A DNA stretch of 64,000 nt, taken from Candidatus Omnitrophota bacterium. Its GTDB lineage: Bacteria > Omnitrophota > Gorgyraeia > Aquiviventales > Aquiviventaceae. A program made the translations under genes and the position numbers. Shown piece after piece: positions 50,586 to 61,177 of the stretch. Each line of letters opens with the position of its first letter. Position 1 is the stretch's first letter. The stretch lies in NCBI GenBank assembly GCA_016198905.1, contig JACQHR010000032.1:74390-138389 (forward strand). The letters run 5' to 3'. Under the pieces are notes generated by a model. The model made no database searches. It saw nothing but the letters and a program-made list of their open reading frames with translations, and had not been told where the DNA came from.

Positions 50586-51975
50586 CCGCATCCTCGTCGT
50601 CGACGATGATCCGCTGATTCGCGGCTCGCTCTATGAGATGCTGCGCGGGCGGCGCTTCGACGTCGAGATGGCTTCAGATGGCGCGGAGGCGATGGAACAT
50701 CTACAGCGACGGACGTTCCACCTCGTCATTACGGACTGGAAGATGCCGCAAGTCGACGGCGTGAGCCTGCTCAACCACATCAAATCGAAATATCCCGAGG
50801 TCAACGTCGTGCTCATCACCGGTTTTGGCAACATCAACTCCGCGGTCGAAGCGATTCGCCAGGGTGCCTTTGATTATCTGACCAAACCGATTCAGCCCGA
50901 GGAGCTCGAGGCGACGATCCAGCGGGCCCTGAGCGAATACATCGCCCCCCCCGAGACGATCGATGATCCCTTCGCGGGTGTCATCGGGCAACATCCGACG
51001 ATGCAGAAGCTGTTCGCGATGATCCAGTCGGTGGCCGCCAGTCCGGCGACCGTGCTGCTTGAAGGCGAAAGCGGCACAGGCAAGCGCGTGATCGCGCAGG
51101 CCATCCACCGGGCGGATGCGAAGCGGCGCAGCCACCCCTTCGTCGAAATCAGCTGTGGGGCGCTGCCCGAGACGTTGCTCGAAAGCGAACTCTTCGGTCA
51201 CATCCGCGGCTCCTTCACCGGGGCGATTCGCGATAAGCAGGGCCGCTTTGAGCTGGCCGACGGCGGCACGATCCTCCTCGATGAAATCGACGCGTTCAGC
51301 TCGGCGTTGCAGGTGAAGCTCCTGCGCGTCATCCAGGAACGCTTGTATGAGCGCGTGGGTGATACGCGCACGATGCGCGTCGATGTGCGGATCATCGCGG
51401 CGACCAACCGCCGGCTCCTTGACCTCGTCAAGCAAGGTAAATTCCGCGAAGATCTCTATTATCGGCTCAATGTGATCCCCATGCGCTTGCCGTCGCTGAG
51501 GGAGCGTCGCAGCGACCTGCCGTTATTGGTCGATCACTTCATTGCGCGCAGCTCGCGGGCGATGGGCAAAACGATCAGCGGCGTGACGGACGAAGCGATG
51601 AACGTCTTTATGGAGTACCAGTGGCCGGGCAATATCCGCCAGCTCGAGAACGTGCTTGAGCGCGCGGTGATTCTGGCAAAACGTGCGCGGCTCGACGTTG
51701 ACGATCTTCCGGAAGAATTGCGTTTTCGTTCCGATGCGACCTCCATGGCGATTGACGACCAGGAAGAAGGCGCCAAAGAGGCGGAGGGTGCCTTCTCGAA
51801 AGACGACAGTGTGCAGTTGAAAGACGCCCTGAAGATGCCAGAGCGGGAACTCATCCTCAAAGTGCTGGCCGAAGTCCGATGGAACCGCTCCGAAGCCGCC
51901 AAGCGGTTGGGGATCCATCGGTCAACGCTCTACCACAAAATCCGACAACTCGGGATCCAAACTTCTTCGTCGTAA
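50575..51975 (+). CDS. Sigma-54-dependent response regulator (NtrC family; PrsR-like)
   Basis: Receiver ILVVDDDP...VITDWKMP. AAA+ domain GESGTGKRVIAQAIH, ESELFGHIRGSFTGA, LLDEID. C-terminal HTH AAKRLGIHRSTLYHKIRQLGI. Overlaps the kinase stop. Confidence 0.9.
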   Translation: MDRSRILVVDDDPLIRGSLYEMLRGRRFDVEMASDGAEAMEHLQRRTFHLVITDWKMPQVDGVSLLNHIKSKYPEVNVVLITGFGNINSAVEAIRQGAFDYLTKPIQPEELEATIQRALSEYIAPPETIDDPFAGVIGQHPTMQKLFAMIQSVAASPATVLLEGESGTGKRVIAQAIHRADAKRRSHPFVEISCGALPETLLESELFGHIRGSFTGAIRDKQGRFELADGGTILLDEIDAFSSALQVKLLRVIQERLYERVGDTRTMRVDVRIIAATNRRLLDLVKQGKFREDLYYRLNVIPMRLPSLRERRSDLPLLVDHFIARSSRAMGKTISGVTDEAMNVFMEYQWPGNIRQLENVLERAVILAKRARLDVDDLPEELRFRSDATSMAIDDQEEGAKEAEGAFSKDDSVQLKDALKMPERELILKVLAEVRWNRSEAAKRLGIHRSTLYHKIRQLGIQTSSS

Positions 51976-52040
51976 CTGCACGGGACGCCAAGTCCGTGAC
52001 GTTGTAATCTACAGCTCATGTCTGAGTCTTGGGACGGGTG

Positions 52041-53093
52041 ATGCAGATCCCTAAGGCACCCGTGCTTTCCCTGCCAGAACTGGTCGAGCCGCTCAAGTGG
52101 CAACGCCTCCAAGATCATTTTGCCAACGTGCTTGGCATGATGTTGCGGACGGTGAGTCCCACACATGCGCTGCTGGCCAGCCCAAGTTGGCCTTCCAGCT
52201 TCGATGCGGAGCGGGCCATCCGCTTGCTGCGCATCGGTGATGAGCTGGAGCAGCTCTTGCCGATCGGCGCGGCACCGCTGAGCATCTCAAGCCTGACGAC
52301 CCCCTTGGGCATTACGTATGCGGCGGTGCCCATTCGTCCGACTCCCGACTCCATCACCTCCTACATCGTGGTCGGCCCGGTCATCGTCGGTCCGAGGGAA
52401 GATGAGATCAAGTTCTTCGAGCGGGTGACCGCGATGGGGATGGACGCGGCGTCTATATGGTCAGCGCTTCTCTCCCTGAAGCTGTACACGTTCGCCAGCA
52501 TCCGTTCAGCCTTGAACCTTCTTGAAGAAGTCGGCTCTTCGATCGTTGAGCTGGCCTATCAGGCGAAGCAAATCTCGAGCCTGTTCCCACCCACCAGCCG
52601 CATTAACCAAGCGGTGGTGGCGCATCATACGGATCATATCGTGCGCTCCCTGTTGGAGGCGGCGACCCTCGCGACCAAGGCCGATGGTGGGTCGGTGATG
52701 ATGTATGATGCGCGCAGCAGCGCCTTTCAACTCAAAGCGGCCCAAGGGCTCAGCCGTGAGATCGTGGAGGGGTTGCGCGTCAAGCGCGGCGAGGGGATTG
52801 CGGGGTTAGTGGCCACGCAGCGGAACATCATGCTGATCGACGATCAGATCAGCGATGAACGCATCAAGCGCCGCATGACGCGTCCTGACGTGGTGTCCTC
52901 GATCGTCGCACCCATCAGCTTAGATGCGAAGCACGATCCGATCGGCGTGTTGAGCCTGCGCACGACGAGTGCCCAGCGACGGTTTACACAGGAGCACGTC
53001 GAAGTGCTGCGACCGCTTCTGGATTTGGCCTGCTTAGCCCTCAACAGTCTCGGGACGTTCTTTGCCGAGGCGCAAACCCCGCTGCCTTCCTAG
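52041..53093 (+). CDS. GAF-domain protein with PocR-like N-terminal region
   Basis: N-terminus WQRLQDHFANVLGMMLRTVSP (PocR-like). C-terminal GAF: ADGGSVMMYD...GEGIAGLVATQRNIMLIDD...VSSIVAPI...IGVLSLR. Confidence 0.65.
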   Translation: MQIPKAPVLSLPELVEPLKWQRLQDHFANVLGMMLRTVSPTHALLASPSWPSSFDAERAIRLLRIGDELEQLLPIGAAPLSISSLTTPLGITYAAVPIRPTPDSITSYIVVGPVIVGPREDEIKFFERVTAMGMDAASIWSALLSLKLYTFASIRSALNLLEEVGSSIVELAYQAKQISSLFPPTSRINQAVVAHHTDHIVRSLLEAATLATKADGGSVMMYDARSSAFQLKAAQGLSREIVEGLRVKRGEGIAGLVATQRNIMLIDDQISDERIKRRMTRPDVVSSIVAPISLDAKHDPIGVLSLRTTSAQRRFTQEHVEVLRPLLDLACLALNSLGTFFAEAQTPLPS

Positions 53094-53129
53094 AGCCCAT
53101 CCCACCTAAGATTGCCGTGTCTGGAGAAA

Positions 53130-54536
53130 TTACAGGCGGTGCTTGCGCAGGTGCGCAGGAAGGATTTTCAGGGCGGTGCGGTACTTGGCGACGGTGCGCC
53201 GCGCAACGATGATGCTGCGCTGGGCCATCTCTTTGACCAGCGCTTCGTCGCTTAAGGGGGCGTGGGGATCTTCCTCACCGATGAGCCGCTGCATTTCCGC
53301 CTTGATCTTCTCGTCGGAGATGGCTCCGTTATCAGCGTGCTGGGGCACATTGCTGGCGAAGAGTTGTTCCAAGCGGTAGATCCCATACGGAGTATCGATG
53401 GTCTTGCCGGCGATGGCGCGGCTCACGGTTGATGGATGCCGGCCGATGAGGTGCGCGACTTGCGCCTGTGTGAGCGGCGTGATCGCTTTCGACCCCTGCT
53501 CCAAGAAGTCACGCTGGAGGCTGATGAGGCAGCGGCCGATCGAGAGCAGGGTGGCGTTGCGCTCATCGATCGCCTTAATCAACCAGCTGGCCTTGCGGAA
53601 CTTCTGGGCGAGGAACTCCTTGGCGTCGTCCGGGGTGGCGGGGTCTTTGAGCATCCGGTAATAGGTGCGGCTGACGGTGACGCGCGGCATGTGATGGTCG
53701 TTGAGCTCGACGTCGTAATGCTTTTCTCGGTGGTGGACCACCAGGTCTGGGACGACGGATGGCGACACATCCCCTGAAAAAATACGTCCCGGTCTCGGGT
53801 TCAAAGCTTTCAGCGCCTCAAGCGCGTGGGTGACCTGCTCAAGGGAGGATCGGGTCACTTTGGCCAGCGCGCTCAGCCGTCGCTCGGCAAAGAGCGGGAA
53901 ATGGTCCTTGAGGATGCGGTAGGCGAGGCTCTCTGTGGCACCCTCTTGTTCGAGCTGAATCATGAGGCATTCCCGCAGGTCCCGCGCTCCAACACCCGGA
54001 GGGTCGAATTGTTGGATGATCGTCAACACGGCCTCCAGCTGTGCCGGAGTGGCTCCGGCGGCTGTGGAGAGCTCTTCCAGGGGGCTGTCGAGGTAGCCGT
54101 TTTCGTCCAAACGGGTGATCAGCAGCTCTCCTAGGCGGCGTTCCTCATCCGCCATGGATTGGCATCCAAGTTGGAGTTGGAGTGATTCGTGGAGTGACTG
54201 GGGGGTCACCAGCCGTTGGTCCATCATCCGATCGCGCCGCTCATCTTCATCCGTCGGATCCTCGGATTCGCCTGCCAGCTGCCAATGTGACATCCAATCC
54301 TCATCCAACCCATTGGTGGGAGCCTCCTCGGTGCCGTTGGTTTGAGGCTCCTCAGCTGAGGCAGCCGCCTCATCGTTTTGGGATTCTTCGATCTCGAGGA
54401 GGGGATTTTCTTCACACTGCTGTTCGAGGAATGCCTGGAGCTCGAGGAGGGGCATATGGAGCACTTCCAGCGCCAACGTCACGTTCGGCGCCAGCATGAG
54501 CCGTTGTTGCGTTGTTTGCTTGGCTTGTAGGGCCAT
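53130..54536 (-). CDS. rpoN: RNA polymerase sigma-54 factor
   Basis: N-terminus LQAKQTTQQRLMLAP..L....L, acidic region, HTH, and RpoN box ARRTVAKYR near the C-terminus. Confidence 0.95.
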   Translation of the reverse strand: MALQAKQTTQQRLMLAPNVTLALEVLHMPLLELQAFLEQQCEENPLLEIEESQNDEAAASAEEPQTNGTEEAPTNGLDEDWMSHWQLAGESEDPTDEDERRDRMMDQRLVTPQSLHESLQLQLGCQSMADEERRLGELLITRLDENGYLDSPLEELSTAAGATPAQLEAVLTIIQQFDPPGVGARDLRECLMIQLEQEGATESLAYRILKDHFPLFAERRLSALAKVTRSSLEQVTHALEALKALNPRPGRIFSGDVSPSVVPDLVVHHREKHYDVELNDHHMPRVTVSRTYYRMLKDPATPDDAKEFLAQKFRKASWLIKAIDERNATLLSIGRCLISLQRDFLEQGSKAITPLTQAQVAHLIGRHPSTVSRAIAGKTIDTPYGIYRLEQLFASNVPQHADNGAISDEKIKAEMQRLIGEEDPHAPLSDEALVKEMAQRSIIVARRTVAKYRTALKILPAHLRKHRL

Positions 54537-54820
54537 TATGTGTCGGGAAGGTACGATATTTCAGAATTGTAACCATCATAGCACATTTCATGCCAATCGG
54601 CAAATGGCTCGTTGTGGCGGCTCTGGAGTCGTTCAGAGCCAGCCCCGAGCGTTAACTCCTCTTCCGATAACGAGATCGCGCTTGATTTCGAAGAAGAGAT
54701 AGGCTAACGTAGACCCACTTTCCGTGGCACCCATCCGGACAACGGGTGGTGAAACGATGCGTTGCGACCTTCAGGCCAAGCAACGGCGTCCGTCACGCAA
54801 GCCAACGATAAGGAGGGTGG

Positions 54821-55372
54821 ATGCGTTACGCGTACCATCGACAGGTCGCAGGGGTTGTCTGCGGCGCGCTGCTCGGCGTGGGACTGGGCGTGTCAGGAAC
54901 GGGAGCGCAGGCGTGGGCTGAGGAGACACCAAAGGCGGCAGTCCAAAACAACATGGATGTCGGGCTGGAATACACCTTAACCGTGGATGGCGCGGTGGTC
55001 GACACCACCGAGGGCAAGCCGGCGTTTCACTACATCCAGGGAAAAGGCCAGATCATCCCGGGGCTTGAGCGGCAATTGGTCGGCCTCCATATTGGGGATG
55101 CCAAAGAGATTACCGTGACGCCGGAGGAAGGCTACGGGAAGTTTGATCCGGCTGCCATCGTCGAGGTGCCCAAAGAGCAGCTCCCCAAGGACATGACGCC
55201 CGCGGTCGGAATGGCGCTGCGAGGGGTCAATCCAGACGGCAAGAACTTTCGAGCGATGGTGCATGAGGTGAAGGAGAAGACCGTGGTCCTTGACCTTAAT
55301 CACCCCTTGGCCGGCAAGACCCTCAACTTCAAGGTAAAAGTGGTCGGCATCGCGCCAGCGTCGGCCTCATAA
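54821..55372 (+). CDS. FKBP-type peptidyl-prolyl cis-trans isomerase (SlyD-like) with signal peptide
   Basis: YIQGKGQIIPGLERQLVGLHIGDAKEITVTPEEGYG ... DLNHPLAGKTLNFKVKVVGI. Confidence 0.85.
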   Translation: MRYAYHRQVAGVVCGALLGVGLGVSGTGAQAWAEETPKAAVQNNMDVGLEYTLTVDGAVVDTTEGKPAFHYIQGKGQIIPGLERQLVGLHIGDAKEITVTPEEGYGKFDPAAIVEVPKEQLPKDMTPAVGMALRGVNPDGKNFRAMVHEVKEKTVVLDLNHPLAGKTLNFKVKVVGIAPASAS

Positions 55373-55399
55373 TTCCTTCCGACTTCCGGGGCCTCCAGG

Positions 55400-56017
55400 A
55401 TGCTGACGGCGCACTGTAAGCAGGGATGGGAGCGTTTCTTCAGGCCCCTTGCGAATATCCTCGTACGCCTCGGTGTGTCTCCGACCGTTCTGACACTCGC
55501 CTGTCCTCTCCTGACGGCGTTGGTATGCGCGTGGTTGATCCGTACGCGCGCCGTCCTGCCGTTTAGCCTGATCATGGTCCTGGTGAGCGCGTTGGATATG
55601 CTCGATGGCGCCGTGGCCCGCGCAAGCGGCCGGGTGACACGGTTCGGAGCCTATCTGGATGCGGTGGCCGACCGGTACGTCGACGCGATCGTCGCCTTCT
55701 CGGTGGCGTGGGTGACCGGCTACTGGCTGCTGACGATGTTGGTGCTGGTTGGCTCGCTACTCGTCAGCTACACCAAGGCGCGCGCGGCCATGGAAGTGCC
55801 CATCACCAACCTCGAGTGGCCGGACCTCATGGAGCGTACCGAACGCATCCTGCTCTTCCTAGCGGGTCTTGCGGCAAGCCGACTGGTGCCGTGGAAGCCG
55901 CTGGGCCACGATCTGTTCTGGTGGACGCTCGTCCTTCTGATTATCCTGATCCACCTGACCGTCATTCAACGCATCCTCCGCGCACGCCGCTTTATCCTTC
56001 AACGCAGCTCCTCGTAA
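55400..56017 (+). CDS. CDP-alcohol phosphatidyltransferase family protein
   Basis: DMLDGAVARASGRVTRFGAYLDAVADRYVD = D-G-x2-A-R-x8-G-x3-D-x3-D. Multiple TM helices. Confidence 0.9.
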   Translation: MLTAHCKQGWERFFRPLANILVRLGVSPTVLTLACPLLTALVCAWLIRTRAVLPFSLIMVLVSALDMLDGAVARASGRVTRFGAYLDAVADRYVDAIVAFSVAWVTGYWLLTMLVLVGSLLVSYTKARAAMEVPITNLEWPDLMERTERILLFLAGLAASRLVPWKPLGHDLFWWTLVLLIILIHLTVIQRILRARRFILQRSSS

Positions 56018-56070
56018 GCGCCATACCACCGCAGATAGCAAGGCCCGTTCCAAGTCACTGATGAAGCATG

Positions 56071-57495
56071 TTACTTACTTGGAGTTGTTGTCGGGGAGGA
56101 TGCTGGAGCGGGAGTTGGGGAAGGCGAGACGGACTGCAATTGATCGAGCGTGGTGGCGAGCAGCTCTGTCACGGTCTGAGGGAGCCTCACGATCGCGGCG
56201 CGTCCCTCAATACGTCCATAGCGATCGCTCGATTGACCCAATGTTCTTCCGACCGTGAGGCGTTGCGGCGTTTCCTGAGCGACGGTCCACACCGCGATCG
56301 TGTTTGTTGCAGGTGCCAGTTCGTAGTGCGCCAGGTCACCCGGCGTTTCATCAACGAATCCGACAAGGCGTAATCCGAGAATACGCGCCAACCACTCCTC
56401 CACTTTTTTAGTCTCCAGCAGGGTGGCTGACCCAGGGACTTTCCATTGACCGTCGCTTCGCTCGATCGTCCAACTCACACCATCGCGCATGACGTCCACT
56501 TTGGTGACGTTGCCTGCGGCGGCGTGAAAACAGGTTGTCGCGCGCAGCTCGTTCGGGTCCTTCACGATCGCTTCCAGATTAGCAGCAGCTATTGCGTAGA
56601 GAAACGGCTCATCGCTGCGTTTGGCGTACAGGAGTGTGGCGTGATCCGGCAGCGGCTGGCCAAAGAAGACCGTGATCGGCTCTGCTGTGTTGTCGCCCTG
56701 GCGCACGGCCACCTCGGCCTTCGGATGATCAAAGCCCCACATCGCGAGCTGCTCCACCTGCGGGGCATCGCTGACAAACTGCTCGATCTCCACTTCAGCG
56801 AATGCGTTGAGGAGATTATTCGTCGCCGCTCGATCGGCGAGATCCGAAATGAGCGGGGCTCCGGGAATCGACACGTGCCAGTCCTCTCCATGGTGGCTCA
56901 GCGTGTACGTCGCCGTAGCACTCGTGACACTGACGTCCTGCGCGGCGAATGGGGTAAAGGGCAGCAGGAGATGGTCGCGATACGCCTCGAGGGGCTGGTT
57001 CGCGTGGTCAAAGAGCGTCGAAGACACCACGAAGATCTCCGGCCGATTGTGCACCTGCGCGTACCGCCCGCCCGCAACGGGGGTTGCATTACCGAAGAGT
57101 ACGGTGGTGTCGCCCTCCGCCGTCGTGATGCGCAGCGATCCTGCGGCGGGTGCCAGCCCGAAGAGCTCGGGGTTGAGCGGTTGGTGCGGCGTCCCCACCA
57201 GCACGCGTGAGGCGGTCAGCGGCGAGAGCCGATCCAAGAGGTCGCTCACCACGTTGGCGTCAGCCCGGACATGGTTGGGCGCCAGGCGCCAGCCGGTGTG
57301 GTCGCGGGTGAGCGTGGTCTTCACTTGCGGCAGATCGAGGACGAGTTGCGTGACGCGCTCCGGGGGAATATCGAACACCTGCCGTGCGCGCCGTTCACGG
57401 TCTTCGGGAAGCGGCTGCTTGATTTCGTAGAGCGAAATATACGCGCCGACGCCAACGGTCGCCACGAGCAAGACGAGCGTCGTTTTCCAGCGCAT
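56071..57495 (-). CDS. DUF4340-like periplasmic protein (GldG-ABC system accessory)
   Basis: N-terminal anchor MRWKTTLVLLVATVGVGAYI. Position immediately downstream of a GldG-type gene. Family call rests on context and overall pattern. Confidence 0.55.
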   Translation of the reverse strand: MRWKTTLVLLVATVGVGAYISLYEIKQPLPEDRERRARQVFDIPPERVTQLVLDLPQVKTTLTRDHTGWRLAPNHVRADANVVSDLLDRLSPLTASRVLVGTPHQPLNPELFGLAPAAGSLRITTAEGDTTVLFGNATPVAGGRYAQVHNRPEIFVVSSTLFDHANQPLEAYRDHLLLPFTPFAAQDVSVTSATATYTLSHHGEDWHVSIPGAPLISDLADRAATNNLLNAFAEVEIEQFVSDAPQVEQLAMWGFDHPKAEVAVRQGDNTAEPITVFFGQPLPDHATLLYAKRSDEPFLYAIAAANLEAIVKDPNELRATTCFHAAAGNVTKVDVMRDGVSWTIERSDGQWKVPGSATLLETKKVEEWLARILGLRLVGFVDETPGDLAHYELAPATNTIAVWTVAQETPQRLTVGRTLGQSSDRYGRIEGRAAIVRLPQTVTELLATTLDQLQSVSPSPTPAPASSPTTTPSK

Positions 57496-57507
57496 GCAGC
57501 TTGAGCG

Positions 57508-58953
57508 TTATCGGCGACGGAGCCACCACAGGGCAGCCCCGGCCACGCCGCAGAGAAGCGGCATCACCAAGAGGCTGGCCCAGAAAAATCGGCCAAGCTG
57601 CGCGCCGGTCAGGTTGAGGCGGATGGTCTCGAGGGGTTTGGCCCCGATCCCGATCAATTGTTCCTGTTCGATCAGCCAGTAGGTAGCACCCAGCACGAAA
57701 TCTCGATTGCCGGCGCTCGGCAGCTGCTCGTTGCCCACAAAATCCGAGTCACCAATGACGACGAGGCGGGTGCGGATCGGCGCGGCTCGCTCCACCGCCA
57801 CCGCGATCGAAACCGGCCCCTTCACGTCTTTCCCCTCGTCATATTGGAACCTCTTCACCGACGTGGTGGTTTCTCCCCATCCCTCTGGCGAGGTCAAGGC
57901 AAGCGGCGTGATCGTCAGCCACGCCGGGGCAGGCTGAATGGGACGGACAGAGCGGGTCAGCGGGAACAGCGTCATGAGGGTTTGCATCTTCTGCACCATG
58001 GGGTGCTTGGTGTACGTCGTGACGAACAGGTTGGCCGCAGACACAAAGGGCAGCTGCCGTGCGGGATCGACGACGATGTCCATGCCTAAGTCGACGCCCC
58101 ATTTTGCGAGGAATCCATCAAGCCCGGTTTGCACGAGGGGGTCGATCATGACGAGTAACCGCCCGCCCTGTTCCACATAAGACTCCAACACGAGCAGTTC
58201 CTGTTCCGTGAAGCGGCGCGTGGGGCCTGCGATGACGACGAGTTTGACGTTCGGATCGATCGTGGGATGTTCAAGCAGTGTCGTCGGCTGCACCGACAGG
58301 TGTTGCTGTTCCAGGTATTTCTTCACATGGCTCAAGCCGACCGGGTCGTCCGCTTCAAGCGATTTCTCGCCGTGGCCTTGGGTCATCCAGACCAGCGGGG
58401 CTTCGGCTTGCGTGACGCTGAGGATCGCGGAAGAAAACGCGTCTTCGCCTTTGAAGGCTTTGACGTGCGGCTGGCCCATCGTGCCCATCGTGCTGTAGTC
58501 GTACTCAGCCAGGTCGGTGTCTGAGAGGTACTTGTGGGCTGTTCCGGATTGGAAAATGATCCGGTTCAGGGCATTCGGGTCGTTGGGGTCGCCCGCGTTG
58601 ATTTGGAACTCCTGCACGAGCTGTTGCGCGCGGGCCACGTCACGCTGGGGATCCACGTACTCGACCTTCACCTTCGGACTCACGCGCTCATATTCGTCCA
58701 GCTGATCATGGATGAGGTCATAGAGGCGCTGGTTCGGCTGGTAGAACACGATGACGGACACCGGATCCTTGAGCGATCGAAGCAGCTGGAGGGTGCGGTC
58801 CGACACGGCCGTGATTTTGTGTTTGGTGAAATCCCAGCGCGCGTAGCGGCGGCTGGCAATAAAATTGACCATGATGAACAAGACGCCCATCAGGATGATC
58901 GTCGTGACGAGGTTGGCGGAGCGCACCAGCCGGCGCCACATCACGAGCGCCAC
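57508..58953 (-). CDS. GldG-like ABC-2 transporter auxiliary protein
   Basis: N- and C-terminal TM anchors flank a large periplasmic domain, with ...VVIGDSDFVGNEQL... near the C-terminus. Overlaps the upstream permease gene. Confidence 0.7.
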   Translation of the reverse strand: MALVMWRRLVRSANLVTTIILMGVLFIMVNFIASRRYARWDFTKHKITAVSDRTLQLLRSLKDPVSVIVFYQPNQRLYDLIHDQLDEYERVSPKVKVEYVDPQRDVARAQQLVQEFQINAGDPNDPNALNRIIFQSGTAHKYLSDTDLAEYDYSTMGTMGQPHVKAFKGEDAFSSAILSVTQAEAPLVWMTQGHGEKSLEADDPVGLSHVKKYLEQQHLSVQPTTLLEHPTIDPNVKLVVIAGPTRRFTEQELLVLESYVEQGGRLLVMIDPLVQTGLDGFLAKWGVDLGMDIVVDPARQLPFVSAANLFVTTYTKHPMVQKMQTLMTLFPLTRSVRPIQPAPAWLTITPLALTSPEGWGETTTSVKRFQYDEGKDVKGPVSIAVAVERAAPIRTRLVVIGDSDFVGNEQLPSAGNRDFVLGATYWLIEQEQLIGIGAKPLETIRLNLTGAQLGRFFWASLLVMPLLCGVAGAALWWLRRR

Positions 58954-59687
58954 CGCGGGCTGTTGATGACGCGGCCGGTCAGAAACAGACAGATCGCCGT
59001 GAGGGTGGTGTAGAGCACCATCGGCCGCGTGTCGAGGATGCCCTTGGAGAAGTCGTTGAGATGCTCAAGCAGCGAGAGGTAGCGGATCGTCTTGCTCGTT
59101 TCCGGATCGCGGATGAACCACTCAAAGATGCCAAGCGAGAAGAGCAATAAGAGGGTGACGAAAGACAGGATCGCAGCGACCACTTGATTGCGCGTCAGGC
59201 TCGAAGCGAGCACGCCGATGGCAATCAACACGGCCCCCAACATCCAGGCGCCGAGATAGCCGGTGAGCACCGGGCCCCAGTCGAACGCGGTCAACTGTCG
59301 CAGGCCGATGAAATAGACGACGGTCAGCCCCCAGAGAATGACGTAGGCCAGCCACGCGCCAAGAAACTTCGAGAGGACCACTTGCATGTCCGTGACGGGC
59401 GCGGTGAGCAAGAGCTCGATGGAGCCGGTGCGTTTCTCTTCGCTGAACGTGCGCATCGTCAGAAACGGCGCGGTAATCAGAATGGAAATCGAGTAAAAGA
59501 ACGTCGGCCCGAAGAACGCTTGCGCGATGGAAATCGACACGTCCGCCGCAGGATCATTGAGCGCCGTGATGAGCAACCCGAACACGTAGCCTTGGAGCAG
59601 GAGAAAGAGCGCGCCGACCACGTAGGCGACCGGCGAGTACCAGAACGACTTCAACTCTCGCGAGGTGAGGGCAAGGAGATTCTGCAT
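58941..59687 (-). CDS. ABC-2 type transporter permease
   Basis: 6 hydrophobic segments. EEKRTGSIELLLTAPV motif, typical of GldF/ABC-2 permeases. Confidence 0.8.
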   Translation of the reverse strand: MQNLLALTSRELKSFWYSPVAYVVGALFLLLQGYVFGLLITALNDPAADVSISIAQAFFGPTFFYSISILITAPFLTMRTFSEEKRTGSIELLLTAPVTDMQVVLSKFLGAWLAYVILWGLTVVYFIGLRQLTAFDWGPVLTGYLGAWMLGAVLIAIGVLASSLTRNQVVAAILSFVTLLLLFSLGIFEWFIRDPETSKTIRYLSLLEHLNDFSKGILDTRPMVLYTTLTAICLFLTGRVINSPRWRS

Positions 59688-59693
59688 GGCGCG

Positions 59694-60644
59694 TTACGCG
59701 TCTTGCTCTTTGGTCGTCAGATGGATGAACACGTCTTCCAGCGAGGCCTGCGTTTGTGCCAGCTCGCGCAGGACCCATTGCCGCTCCACGGCCAGCCGAA
59801 AGATCGCTTCGCGCACGTCCGCGCCGGCCGCGGTTGCTAACTCAAAGGCCGCGACGCCGTCCACCTGACCGTGTGAGGTGACGCGCGCCACACCCGGCAC
59901 GCGCCGCAACGCCTCTTCAATGGCACGCGCCTCGCCGCGCAGCTGGACGCGGACAAGCGGAATACCGTGCATGCGCTGGCGCAGATTTGCGGGCGTATCG
60001 ACGGCCACGATCCGTCCCTTATCGATGATCGCTACGCGCCGGCACGTCATTTCCACTTCCGGCAGGATGTGCGTCGAAAGCAGAATCGTCGTGGTGCGCC
60101 CGAGGGCGGTGATGAGCTCGCGCGTTTGCCGGATCTGATGAGGATCGAGTCCGACCGTCGGTTCATCGAGGATCAGAATGCGGGGTTGGCTAATGAGACA
60201 GTCCGCGAGCGCGACACGTTGGCGATAGCCTTTGGAGAGGCGGCCGATCAGCTGGCGCCTGACATCCATCAAGCCGCACTGGGCCAAAGCCGTGTCGATT
60301 CGCGTCCGGCGATGGCTGCGAACTACCCCTTTGATGGCCGCGCGGTAACTGAGATATTCCTGGATGCGCAGCTCGGGGTAGAGCGCGATGGTCTCCGGCA
60401 TGTACCCGATGCGCCGCCGCACCTCGACCGGGCGTTCGGTCGCGTCCAGGTCTTCGATGCGCACCGTGCCGCTCGTCGGCGCGATCATGCCGGTCAGGAT
60501 GCGCAGGGCCGTGGTCTTGCCCGCGCCGTTGGGTCCCAGGAAGCCCATGATTTCGCCGGACTCGACGGCGAGGGAGATGTCCGACAGCGCCGTGACCGTG
60601 TCGTATCGTTTCGTCAGATTGGAGATCGCAATAGCTGTCGTCAT
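59694..60644 (-). CDS. ABC transporter ATP-binding protein (ABC-2/GldA type)
   Basis: GFLGPNGAGKTT, LSKGYRQRVALA, ILILDEPTVGLD. Confidence 0.9.
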   Translation of the reverse strand: MTTAIAISNLTKRYDTVTALSDISLAVESGEIMGFLGPNGAGKTTALRILTGMIAPTSGTVRIEDLDATERPVEVRRRIGYMPETIALYPELRIQEYLSYRAAIKGVVRSHRRTRIDTALAQCGLMDVRRQLIGRLSKGYRQRVALADCLISQPRILILDEPTVGLDPHQIRQTRELITALGRTTTILLSTHILPEVEMTCRRVAIIDKGRIVAVDTPANLRQRMHGIPLVRVQLRGEARAIEEALRRVPGVARVTSHGQVDGVAAFELATAAGADVREAIFRLAVERQWVLRELAQTQASLEDVFIHLTTKEQDA

Positions 60645-60719
60645 GAATGATTCTTGTAGTTCTAGCGAGATGAGGGGTGCTTGTCAAGGGGATGCTTTTG
60701 GAGTAGCATACCCACTGAT

Positions 60720-61088
60720 ATGTCTCACCGAGCATTTCTCGTCGCTAGCGTCATGGTCCTCAGCGGTTGCGCCGCGATGCCTCCGGCGCAAGTCGGCCAG
60801 ACCGCAGGAACGGTTGTGGGAGCCGTGCTGGCACCCGGAATCGGAGCCCCCATCGGGTCTATGATCGGCTTGGTCACGGGCCTGTTGGTCCAAGGCCAGA
60901 TTGATAAGGTGACCGAGAAGAAGGAGCGCCAGCAGCTCGGGGATCAGTTGGCGTCAGGGCCGAACCCTCCAGCAGCTCCTGAGATGAGTGCCTCATCCCA
61001 AGGCACGCCGACCCGCGTGTGGGTGGATGAGTCGGTACGCGACGGGCGGATGGTGGCCGGCCACTTCGACGTCCGGTATCTTCCATAA
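60720..61088 (+). CDS. Small lipoprotein with glycine-zipper segment
   Basis: Lipobox VMVLSGC. GAVLAPGIGAPIGSMIGLVTGLLV glycine zipper. Confidence 0.6.
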   Translation: MSHRAFLVASVMVLSGCAAMPPAQVGQTAGTVVGAVLAPGIGAPIGSMIGLVTGLLVQGQIDKVTEKKERQQLGDQLASGPNPPAAPEMSASSQGTPTRVWVDESVRDGRMVAGHFDVRYLP

Positions 61089-61177
61089 GACAGTCTCGAC
61101 GCGACGGTGTAGATCTCGTCCACCTCTGGTCAGGTTAACGGCCGAGGTGGACTCTTACTCTCTGCAAGGACGCTCAC

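Noticed and set aside
54725-54740. TGGCAC upstream of the FKBP gene as a third sigma-54 promoter.
   Set aside because: The -12 position lacks GC (TGGCAC-ccatc-CGGAC), so the spacing and consensus fail.
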